From Thermoplasmata archaeon (GTDB taxonomy: Archaea > Thermoplasmatota > Thermoplasmata > Lutacidiplasmatales > UBA184): 64,000 bases of DNA. Every line of letters starts with the position of its first letter. Position 1 is the stretch's first letter. Below, piece after piece: positions 45,315 through 53,573 of this stretch. The notes under the pieces were generated by a model. That model ran no database searches. It was not told the origin of the DNA and saw nothing but the letters and a program-made list of their open reading frames with translations. The stretch covers positions 109,221-173,220 of the forward strand of contig JAKIWI010000002.1 in assembly GCA_022750115.1 (NCBI GenBank), in the 5' to 3' direction. Position numbers and translations under genes: made by a program.

Positions 45315-47866
45315 TGATCGACTTGCGCCGGGGCGGGGCGAGGGCCGGGAACCGGCCCGCCCAGCGAGCGGTCGTCGGTCGAGCTCGCCGGGTTCCCGTG
45401 GACGACTCACGCCAGCGCGACGGGCGGCCCCGAAAGAACCGGGGGGGCGGAACGGCCACGCCCAGCCGGGTGCTCGTCCTGGCGTTCGTGATCGGAACGG
45501 TGATTCTTCTCACGAGCCCGCCAGCGAGTCCCACGGATGCGGTTCGCGGGACCACCGGCCTGCCCGTCCTTCTCCCCGCGTCCTCGCCAACCATCGTCCC
45601 GGCTCCGGGGGTGGCGGGGCTCGCTCCGAGGGCCGTGAACTTCTCCCTTTCCGGGAGCCCACTCACCCTTCCGTCTGAGTTCTGGGGCGCGACGGCGCCC
45701 GTCGACGCGGGGATCGTCGCGAACGAGTCCGACTTCATCCAGGCGACTCCCGCACGGTTTCTCGTATGGCCGGGCGGCGGGTTCGGGGAGCGCTACGACC
45801 CGATCGCCGGCATCCTCCACGGAGGTGGTCGGGCGGCTGGCCCCGCGGCGTCCAACGAGACGGCGTTCATCGGGCTATGCCGAGCCGTCGGCTGTCACGC
45901 GATCTTTCAGGTGCCGGGAGAGATCAACTCGAGCACTCTCGCGGCCCGGATCGTGTCGTACACCGAGAACACGCTCGGCTTCCGTCCCGACTATTGGGAG
46001 ATCGGGAACGAACCGGCCCTCTGGCGCCATTTCGACCTCCCGTGGACCCTGTGGAACCACACCCAGGCGATCGGCACCACCCCGAACGCGTACGCCGAGG
46101 AGGTCAATGCGTACGGCCAGGCCATGCGAGCGGTGGATCCCACGATCCGGATCCTCGGCCTACCCGGGGCCGGTGCGGGTGGACAGGCCGAGGACACCTG
46201 GTTTGCCGCCGTCGCTGCCCGCGACGGCGCATGGATCGCGGGCCTGGCGATCCATGCCTACCCCGCCGGCATCGGGCCGACCGCGCCTTCCCTCTCCGGT
46301 TTCCTCGGGAGTCTGACCGACCCGAACTCGCTCCCGAGCCGGATCCCGCGAGACCGGGCGGTGCTGAACGCGTCCTGCGGCCGCTGCGGCTCGCTCCCGC
46401 TCTTCGTGACCGAACTTGGGTCGGCGGTCCTCTCCGGCACCTACGACCCGTACGTCGAAGGATTCCCGGACGCCGTGTTCCTGGGTGCCGAAGTGGTTCA
46501 GGCGGTGGAGCTGAACTTGACGAACATCGATACGTTCGCCGTTCGTTTCGGGAATCCCGGGTCGTGGGAGAACCTTTCGTTTGCGGTTCGTCCGTCCTAC
46601 ACGCTCTTCAGCGAGCTCCTCGCCCGCCTCGGCCGAGTCGTCCAGCCGCTCCGAGTCTCCGGCGGGGTGGGGGGCGTCTACGCCCTCGAAGCCACCCGAC
46701 CGGGTGCGCCCCAAGTGACCGATCTATTGGTCGTGAACGCGAACGCCACCTCGGCGATCCAGCTCCCACCGGGGTCCACGCCGGGGTTTCCGGGGGGACC
46801 GGCGGAGATGTGGGCTTGGGATTCGACCACGACCGAACCGATCCTTTCGTACTGGCCGACCGGTGTTCCGGCGTCGGTTACCGTGCCGCCGGTGGGCCTC
46901 CTCCTCGTCGAGACCAGTTCCCCGAGTGCCGTCCCGGTGACGGTCTCGGAATCGGGGCTGGCCGCGGGCGCCCGATGGTACCTGTCCGTGTCGAACCAGA
47001 CCGAGACGAGCGGGTCAGCGCAGATGACATTCTTCCTCCCGCCCGGAGCGTACCCGGTCGTGGGCAGTTCGCCCGTTTGGCTGGCCGACGGGGAACGACG
47101 CGCCGAGTTCACGCCCGGTACCGTGGTCGTCGGGGCATCGCCGCTCGGGATGACGGTCACGTTCCGAGTGCAGTATTTCCTGCAAGTGGAGGTGACTCCA
47201 TCGGGTGCCGGTACAGCTACCCCCGGTACGGGGTGGTACAACGAGAGCGCACCGCTCGTGCTTCGGGCCGTCCCGCACTCCGGCTTTGTCTTCGTCTCCT
47301 GGTCCCGTGTCGGTCCGCTCGGGTACGCAGGGTCCGTTGCCAACGCGTCCCTCTCCCTCGCCGGCAGTACCGTCGAAGTGGCGAACTTCACCATCGCAGC
47401 TGGCGGAGCTCCTCCCGACCCGGCGCCGGCTGCCGCCCACGCCGCTCTGTTCAGCGGGGTGCTGGGTCCGGCGGAGGCGATCCCGCTCGCGACCGCCCTC
47501 GTCCTCGCCGCGATAATCCTCAACTTCCGGGCACGTCGTTCACCGGGCGCCCCTCCGAACACAGGGCCCCCCGGAGCAACGCCATCCCGCTCCCCCAGGA
47601 CGGGGACGGAGGCAGGGACGCCGGCGAGCGGGGCGGGAAACCGTGCGGACGACTCGGGGAAATCCACCGAACTCCGACGGCGAGCCGCCCTCGGCCGGAT
47701 CCGCAGATTGACGGAGCAGGCCCAGAGACCCGAGCTGAGCTCGCGGGAGGTGGACACCCTCCTGCTCGACCTCCGTCGGTCGCTCGTGTTGGTGACGGCC
47801 TCACGATTCGACGAGGCCGAACGAATCCTCTCCGAGTCCGAACGAGCGCTGGACTCGGCCGGCTGA
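45314..47866 (+). CDS. Membrane-anchored glycoside hydrolase (clan GH-A-like TIM barrel) + InlB-B-type repeat, C-terminal TM and coiled-coil tail
   Basis: 'RPDYWEIGNEPALW' (NEP acid/base motif), 'LAIHAYP', 'LFVTELGS', and 'GTGWYNESAPLVLRAVPHSGFVFVSWS'. The ATG shares one nt with the GT2 stop (TGATG). Confidence 0.7.
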   Translation: MIDLRRGGARAGNRPAQRAVVGRARRVPVDDSRQRDGRPRKNRGGGTATPSRVLVLAFVIGTVILLTSPPASPTDAVRGTTGLPVLLPASSPTIVPAPGVAGLAPRAVNFSLSGSPLTLPSEFWGATAPVDAGIVANESDFIQATPARFLVWPGGGFGERYDPIAGILHGGGRAAGPAASNETAFIGLCRAVGCHAIFQVPGEINSSTLAARIVSYTENTLGFRPDYWEIGNEPALWRHFDLPWTLWNHTQAIGTTPNAYAEEVNAYGQAMRAVDPTIRILGLPGAGAGGQAEDTWFAAVAARDGAWIAGLAIHAYPAGIGPTAPSLSGFLGSLTDPNSLPSRIPRDRAVLNASCGRCGSLPLFVTELGSAVLSGTYDPYVEGFPDAVFLGAEVVQAVELNLTNIDTFAVRFGNPGSWENLSFAVRPSYTLFSELLARLGRVVQPLRVSGGVGGVYALEATRPGAPQVTDLLVVNANATSAIQLPPGSTPGFPGGPAEMWAWDSTTTEPILSYWPTGVPASVTVPPVGLLLVETSSPSAVPVTVSESGLAAGARWYLSVSNQTETSGSAQMTFFLPPGAYPVVGSSPVWLADGERRAEFTPGTVVVGASPLGMTVTFRVQYFLQVEVTPSGAGTATPGTGWYNESAPLVLRAVPHSGFVFVSWSRVGPLGYAGSVANASLSLAGSTVEVANFTIAAGGAPPDPAPAAAHAALFSGVLGPAEAIPLATALVLAAIILNFRARRSPGAPPNTGPPGATPSRSPRTGTEAGTPASGAGNRADDSGKSTELRRRAALGRIRRLTEQAQRPELSSREVDTLLLDLRRSLVLVTASRFDEAERILSESERALDSAG

Positions 47867-48131
47867 TCGCAGGGCCGAGCCGGCGTCACCGGTATCGGCC
47901 ATTCGAGAGAACCCGACCGGTCTGTTGTCGTCCCGGGTGCTCGAGCCGCCCGAGGCGGAGGTCAGGCGGCGCCCCTCCGTCGTCGGTTCCCACGGTCGTT
48001 CGGCCCCTGATCTGGACCGGGCGGGCCACCCACGGGATTCCAAGGGAGCAGCTGCGTTCCGGCTGCATGGGTGCGCCGTCGGCGCCACGGCAGGGCCGAG
48101 AGCTCGTGACCAAAGTCACCGCTCGCACGGA

Positions 48132-48296
48132 ATCGCCCAAAGTGCGCTGGCGGCCCCGGCGATCGCGTTCCTGCCGGTCGCCTTGCCGGTGGCCGAAACG
48201 GCGACGAGCCACACCGTTCCAATCCTCCGAGCGCGATTCGCCGGAGCCCCGTACGCGCTCGGTTCGACCACGATCGAAGCGTGCCAGGGCGACGGC
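48132..48296 (+). pseudogene. Fragment: N-terminal remnant of a paralog of the 53574..54383 secreted protein
   Basis: 'AFLPVALPVAETATSHTVPILRARFAGAPYALGSTTIEACQG' aligns with 'LLLAAPFAESATPPAAATLRAPFAGLPYLGSTTSTEGCQV' of the intact gene. There is no start codon nearby, and similarity ends at about 48300. Confidence 0.6.
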
Positions 48297-48309
48297 CCGG
48301 CCCTCGGAC

Positions 48310-48597
48310 CTACCGGAAGCGGCCCCCGGAGACGATCCGCTTCCCATCGACTTGGACGTCCGCGCCAGCAATCATGGCGTACCCGCGCATCTTCGCCGTG
48401 TTGGCACCCCCGGCGAACGTGTTATTCCCCACGCTCAGCAGCACGGCGCCGTCCTCCGTGTCCTCTGCGGGGGCCGCGTCGATGAGTCTCAGGACCTCCC
48501 TGGTCGGCTCCCGACACTCAACCCCTATCTCGCCCCAGCCGCGATCCAAGAGGCCATCCAGACTCCCCAAGCGCCGGGCAAGTGCGGCTTCGACCAA
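48310..48597 (-). pseudogene. Fragment: C-terminal remnant of an M29-like aminopeptidase paralog
   Basis: 'PAEDTEDGAVLLSVGNNTFAGGANTAKMRGYAMIAGADVQVDGKRIVSGGRFR' aligns with the C-terminus of 50978..52078. In my manual DNA alignment of 48310-48465 (rc) against 51923-52078, 131 of 156 positions match. Confidence 0.8.
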
Positions 48598-48603
48598 AAA
48601 CCC

Positions 48604-48719
48604 AAGTCACCACCAACGAGGCCGTCGGAGGTCCGCGAGGAGACTCCGCGAAGGGAGGTTGGTCGAGTTGGTGCGGGGGGTGCCCCCTATTGTTTAACCG
48701 TCGGGGGCAAGGCGTCTCC
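48604..48719 (+). repeat. Intergenic element copy E2/B (most complete copy)
   Basis: It contains all three modules: the E1-like arm, GTTGGTGCGGGGGGTGCCCC, and the A1-like TTGTTTAACCGTCGGGGGCAAGGCGTCTCC. It abuts the truncated aminopeptidase fragment. Confidence 0.8.
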
Positions 48720-48826
48720 GAACCTGGCGAGCGGTTCGCTGCCCCCCCTAGGAGTGGGCGTGGTCCAGACTCGTCACGAGGACCCGTCCTCCGGTCCAGC
48801 GACATTCACCCGCCCTCGCCGGGAGG

Positions 48827-48832
48827 TTTATA
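48827..48832 (+). promoter_or_regulatory. TATA box (TTTATA) of the 48859 surface-protein gene
   Basis: Centred about 29 nt upstream of the GTG at 48859. Confidence 0.5.
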
Positions 48833-48858
48833 GGCCAACGCGCCCGGTCGGGAGCACC

Positions 48859-50661
48859 GTGAGGAGCCGGTCGTGGCGGCCCGGGCGCGGCATTGGCCGG
48901 GTGCTCCCGATCGCCGTCGCGGTGCTTGCAGTCCTCGCGGCGAACGTCGTTGACTTCGGTGCGCCATTTTCGTCGGGCGGACCTCCGGTGGGGCACACGT
49001 CTACCCCGTCCAGTCCGCCGATTCGGGACCTGTCCCGGGGTCTTGGAGCCGCCCTCGCACTCCCATCGAATCCGGCCGCTTCGCGACCGGCTGCCGCACT
49101 CAGCGTCCGTGGACCGACGTTCGAGCCAAACCCGGCGGCGGTGGGTCACCGGTTCCTGATTGTGACCGAAGTCACCGGGGGTCAACCCCCGTACCGGTTC
49201 AGCTACAGCGGACTGCCCGTCGGCTGCGCGTCGCAAAACCTCTCCGAACTCCCTTGCCGAGCTAACGCGACCGGGAATTTCACCGTTGGAGTCAATGTGA
49301 CCGACTCTGCCGGAAGCAGCGCCACATCGGCCGCCGCGCTCCGGGTCAACCCGGACAATACTTTCTGGGATGAGTACTGGCAGGAGTCGGGTCTTGGTCA
49401 GGGAATTCAGTGGGGCGTCACGATCTACGGGACGGACTACACGAGCAACACACAAGGGCTCGACATCTACCTGTCCCCAGGCTACTACCCCTACTCGGTG
49501 GATGCGGTTCCGGGCTACTACGCGACTCCGAGGAACGGAAGCATCGTGGTCAACCATTCGCTTTTCACCATCGACGTCGCCTTCACGCAGGCGCTCTACC
49601 CCGTCACCTTCGTCCAAGCCGGCCTCCCGCATGGGACCCCATGGAGCATCACGGTCGCCGCCGGTCTAACCGCCGGCTCGACCAACGGAACGGCCGAACT
49701 CGAACTGCCGAACGGAACCACCTCGTACTACGTCTCGCCTCCGGCTCTCTGGCGAGCGCTCCCGCCGGGCGGGAACCTTACAGTCGTCGGGGGTCCTACG
49801 ATGGTGAACATCACCTTCGTTCCGATTCCGACGTTCGCGGTCTCCTTCCTCGCGAGCGATCTTCCGACCCAATTCGTCTGGAGCGTGAATGTGCGGGGAA
49901 GGATCGTCTCCTCGGACCTCGCCAATCTGACAACGGCCGAGCCAAACGGGACGTACTGGTTCTTCGTCCACCCGCCGTCGGGTTGGACGGCGAGCCCGGA
50001 CCAAGGGAACGTGAGTGTGGACGGCCAGGCGATCCAGGAACCGATCACCTTCGCCTTCTATCGGCTCACGTTGCACGAAACGGGCCTCCCCCCGGGAACG
50101 AATTGGTCGGCGATCGTCAACGACAGCCTCCTTTTCGGGAGGACACCCAATCTCACCGAAGGCCTCCCACCGGGAACCTACGCCTTTAGCGTGAATGCTC
50201 TCCCGGGATGGGCCGTAACGCCCGGAGCCGGCGTGATCGTGGTCGGCGCGGGCTCCAGCGGCCTCGCCGAGGTAGCGTTCACGCCCCCGGTCGAGAGGTT
50301 CAACGTGACTTTCCTCGGGAGCGGGCTCCCCTCGGACTTGACATGGTCGGCCCTCGTCGACGGACAAAATAATCGCGCGGGGGTCTCTGGACTCGTAGTG
50401 CAGCTTTCGAACGGAAGCTACCCATTCGCCGTCAGCGCCCCGACCGGCTGGGCGGCGAGCCCGAGCCGCGGAACCGTCGTCGTGGTCGGAAAACCCGTGA
50501 ACGTTTCGATCGTCTTTGCCGTTCCGGCACCGCCCACCACGTCATGGCTCGGACCGGACCCGCAGGCCTGGGTCACCTTCTCGGCCGCCCTCGGGGGTTC
50601 CCTCGTCGCCGGGGCGCTCGCGGGGGTCACGGTCGTCCGCCTCCGTTCTCGGCGTGGATGA
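48859..50661 (+). CDS. Surface glycoprotein with one Cys-pair Ig-like module and tandem thermopsin-type 'GLPxGTxW' repeats, C-terminal TM
   Basis: Signal 'VLPIAVAVLAVLAANVV'. 'YRFSYSGLPVGCASQNLSELPC'. About 5 repeats such as 'VTFVQAGLPHGTPWSITV', 'LHETGLPPGTNWSAIV' and 'FLGSGLPSDLTWSALV'. Tail 'LVAGALAGVTVVRLRSRRG'. GTG start. Confidence 0.75.
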   Translation: MRSRSWRPGRGIGRVLPIAVAVLAVLAANVVDFGAPFSSGGPPVGHTSTPSSPPIRDLSRGLGAALALPSNPAASRPAAALSVRGPTFEPNPAAVGHRFLIVTEVTGGQPPYRFSYSGLPVGCASQNLSELPCRANATGNFTVGVNVTDSAGSSATSAAALRVNPDNTFWDEYWQESGLGQGIQWGVTIYGTDYTSNTQGLDIYLSPGYYPYSVDAVPGYYATPRNGSIVVNHSLFTIDVAFTQALYPVTFVQAGLPHGTPWSITVAAGLTAGSTNGTAELELPNGTTSYYVSPPALWRALPPGGNLTVVGGPTMVNITFVPIPTFAVSFLASDLPTQFVWSVNVRGRIVSSDLANLTTAEPNGTYWFFVHPPSGWTASPDQGNVSVDGQAIQEPITFAFYRLTLHETGLPPGTNWSAIVNDSLLFGRTPNLTEGLPPGTYAFSVNALPGWAVTPGAGVIVVGAGSSGLAEVAFTPPVERFNVTFLGSGLPSDLTWSALVDGQNNRAGVSGLVVQLSNGSYPFAVSAPTGWAASPSRGTVVVVGKPVNVSIVFAVPAPPTTSWLGPDPQAWVTFSAALGGSLVAGALAGVTVVRLRSRRG

Positions 50662-50947
50662 CCCGGGGGGCGGCGAAGGCGCCGACTTCCTGCTACCATC
50701 CGCCCTCCGCCGCTGCGGGAGTCGACCCCGCGAACGTCACCGACTTCGTTTCGGTGATGGGAAGGTACTAGGCGCCGGTTCTGAGAGCTGCCTGCTCGCG
50801 CTGGGGGACCCCCTCCCAACCGTTGGTGGACCATCAAGGGCCCTACCGGTCGTCACGCAACCCTGCCGCAGGCCAACCCCGACCCGTCCGGCCGAGGTCA
50901 GTCGAGCCTTTCGGACGGAGGGGCCGACCGACCCGCCCTGTTCGCGG

Positions 50948-50955
50948 GATAAATA
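50948..50955 (+). promoter_or_regulatory. TATA-like box (GATAAATA) of the aminopeptidase gene
   Basis: Centred about 26 nt upstream of the GTG at 50978. Confidence 0.5.
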
Positions 50956-50977
50956 CCGGCGCGGCCTCCGGGGGGCC

Positions 50978-52078
50978 GTGAGCGACTCCGCGGAGGCCTT
51001 GGCGCGTGCGGTCCTTCGAAAGAATCTCGGCATCCGAAAGGGCGAGTCGGTGGTGATCGAGACCTGGCCCCACACCCTCGAATATGCCCGGGCATTCGTT
51101 GCGGAGACCCGCCGTCTCGGCGCGGTGCCCACGCTGCTCTACGAGGACGAGTCGGCGTGGTGGGACGCGGTCGATGCGAAGAACCTGGCCTCGTTCGCGA
51201 AGCTGTCCAAGGCAGAGAAGGCCGCGGTCGGGAAGGCGGACGTGTACGTCCACTTCTTCGGCCCCGCGGACCAGGTCCGGTTGAATTCCCTGACCGAGCC
51301 GGTCCGAAACAAGGCGTTCGCGTTCAACGAGGAGTGGTACGACACCGCCCAAAAGGGCGGGCTCCGAGGTACCCGGATGTCGATCGGTGTGATGCAGGAT
51401 GTGTACGCGGAGAATTTCGGCACCACCGGGCCGGCGCTTCGCGAGAAGCTGCTCAAGGCGGGGTCGGTGGACGCCCGAAAGATGGCCCAGAAGGGGGCCA
51501 AGCTCCAGAAGGCGATCGAAAAGGGGTCGGAGATTCGGATCCGGCACTCGAACGGAACGGACCTTACGTTCCATCTGAAGGGCGCGCATGCCCGCGCCGA
51601 CACCGGGATCATCGACGCCGCCGCGAAGAAGCGCCGCTACGGCCTCCTCTCGAACAACCCCACCGGCCTGTTGATGGTCGGCGTCGACCAGGCGAGCGCC
51701 ATCGGAACCATCGTCGGAAATCGCGCGGTCTACGACGGGATGGTCGCGAAGCGGTTCGCCGGGGCGGACTGGACGTTCGAGGCGGGCAAGCTCGCCAAGC
51801 GCGGCTTCGACGAAGGCGCGAAGGAATTCGAGGCGGCGTTCGCGAAGGGGGGCAAGGGCCGCGAGGAGCTGAGCTACTTCTCGATCGGGCTCAACCCCGA
51901 AGGCAAGGAGTCGGCTCCCGCCGAGGACACGGAAGAGGGCGCGGTGCTGATCAGCGTCGGGAACAACACGTTCGCCGGCGGGACGAACAAGGCGAAGATG
52001 CGCGGCTACGCCATGATCGCCGGCGCGGACGTCGAGGTCGACGGCAAGCCGATCATCTCCGGAGGTCGGATCCGGTAG
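50978..52078 (+). CDS. M29 (aminopeptidase T/PepS)-like protein, paralog A
   Basis: N-terminus 'LARAVLRKNLGIRKGESVVIETW' and overall length fit the COG2309/M29-like family. Family call made by eye only. GTG start at 50978. Confidence 0.55.
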   Translation: MSDSAEALARAVLRKNLGIRKGESVVIETWPHTLEYARAFVAETRRLGAVPTLLYEDESAWWDAVDAKNLASFAKLSKAEKAAVGKADVYVHFFGPADQVRLNSLTEPVRNKAFAFNEEWYDTAQKGGLRGTRMSIGVMQDVYAENFGTTGPALREKLLKAGSVDARKMAQKGAKLQKAIEKGSEIRIRHSNGTDLTFHLKGAHARADTGIIDAAAKKRRYGLLSNNPTGLLMVGVDQASAIGTIVGNRAVYDGMVAKRFAGADWTFEAGKLAKRGFDEGAKEFEAAFAKGGKGREELSYFSIGLNPEGKESAPAEDTEEGAVLISVGNNTFAGGTNKAKMRGYAMIAGADVEVDGKPIISGGRIR

Positions 52079-52191
52079 ACCGGCTGCCCGGGCGCGGCGC
52101 GCCTGACCGTCGCCCGCGTCGGAGGGGTCGACCCGAACGTGGATCGCGAGCTCGAGTTCGGCCCGATCGCCCGGCTGGGACCTCGTGGCAC

Positions 52192-53313
52192 CTAGAGGAT
52201 CTTCCCCGCTCGCACGACCGGCGTCCCGCCCACGCTGATCTCCGAGCCCGCGAGGGAGAGGCATCCCATGAAGTCCGACGGATTGCTCCCCCCCGCGTAC
52301 TCGTTCCCCCCCAGCCTCACACGGACGCTGCCACGCTCCTTGTCGTCCGCGTACGGAAGGTTCTTGATCTTCGGGTTGAGGCCAATTTCCAGCTGGCCGG
52401 TGCGGTCCTTCCCTGGCGTCCCCTGGGCGTAGTGCCGGGCGAACTCGGCTTCGCCCTCCTCAAACGTGAACGATGTCAGCTTCCCATCGGAGAACTCGAA
52501 CGTGCCGCCCGAGTACGTCTGCCACGGGTACCAGGTGAGGTCGTAGCTGGGGTGGGTCGCGACGATCCTCCCCTCGGCGGTCTTGGAGTCCAGCGCGGTG
52601 ATGAACTTCCCCGCCGGGAAGTTCGCCAGCATGTCGTACTGACTGTAGGCCTCGTTCTTGGGGTGGGGGTACCCCTCGTAGAACCTGGATGGCACCCCGG
52701 CCAGGGCCACTTCCACGTCGGTCCCGTTGGAGTGCGTGATCCGGACCTTCTTCGCCCCGGTGAAGGCGCGAGAAAGGCGCCGGCCGCTGGCCGCCATCTC
52801 CTTCGGGTCGACCAAGCATCCCTCGAGGAGCCCGTTCCGCCACTCGTTCTTCCGGAACCCCCACTGCCGGGCTCGGGTGTCCGTCACGAAACCCACGTCC
52901 ATCCGCCCACCGCGCAATCCAGTTGACTGGGCGACCTTGTACCATCGGTCGAACCAGGCCGTGGCCTGGTCCAAGGGCTTCTCGGCGGTCGACTCGACGC
53001 GCGCCGAGTCCCCCGGTCCCCAGAACATCACGTAGACCTCCGCCGCCTGGAGGGCAGCCCATTCCGGCGCGCTCAGTCGACCCAGGAGCTTGGTCTGTTT
53101 GCGTTGCACCGCGCGCCACCAGGCGTCATCGCTCTCGTACACGGTGCACGCGCTCCCGCCGACTCGGCGGACCTCGTCCACCATTGCGGATGCCATGGGG
53201 AGAGTGTGCGTCCAGGTGTCGACGATGACGTTCTCGCCGGGCTTGACGCGGAGGTAATTCTTGACCAAGTTTCGGGCGGCTGCGCGTTCGAGGGACGAGG
53301 GACTCTCGCTCAC
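52192..53313 (-). CDS. M29 (aminopeptidase T/PepS)-like protein, paralog B
   Basis: 'AARNLVKNYLRVKPGENVIVDTW' and collinear similarity to 50978..52078. Convergent with paralog A. Confidence 0.55.
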   Translation of the reverse strand: MSESPSSLERAAARNLVKNYLRVKPGENVIVDTWTHTLPMASAMVDEVRRVGGSACTVYESDDAWWRAVQRKQTKLLGRLSAPEWAALQAAEVYVMFWGPGDSARVESTAEKPLDQATAWFDRWYKVAQSTGLRGGRMDVGFVTDTRARQWGFRKNEWRNGLLEGCLVDPKEMAASGRRLSRAFTGAKKVRITHSNGTDVEVALAGVPSRFYEGYPHPKNEAYSQYDMLANFPAGKFITALDSKTAEGRIVATHPSYDLTWYPWQTYSGGTFEFSDGKLTSFTFEEGEAEFARHYAQGTPGKDRTGQLEIGLNPKIKNLPYADDKERGSVRVRLGGNEYAGGSNPSDFMGCLSLAGSEISVGGTPVVRAGKIL

Positions 53314-53573
53314 AGCCTGGAGAGCGAGCCGGGCCGGCTATTTGTGCCGTACCTCGTCGAGAGGGGGAGGGTCAGATCCTCGACCCCCGCTCAACCCGCA
53401 GGGTGACCTGGTACGACGGTCCGAGTCGCCGACAGGGTGTTCGAGCGAGACGCCGCCGAATCGAGGCGGCGGCCGGCGATAGAGCGGAGGTTATGCACGG
53501 GGGTGGGTGGGCGGGACCGTCGTCCGTTCGGGCCTCCGAGGGAAACTCGGTGGGACGGACCAAAGAGGTTCGA

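Noticed and set aside
50790-50850. 'GGGGGACCCCC...CCAACCGTTGGTGGACC', which looked like another inverted copy of the repeat element.
   Set aside because: The module order is reversed and the matches are short (7-11 nt). That is insufficient to call a copy without a statistical search.
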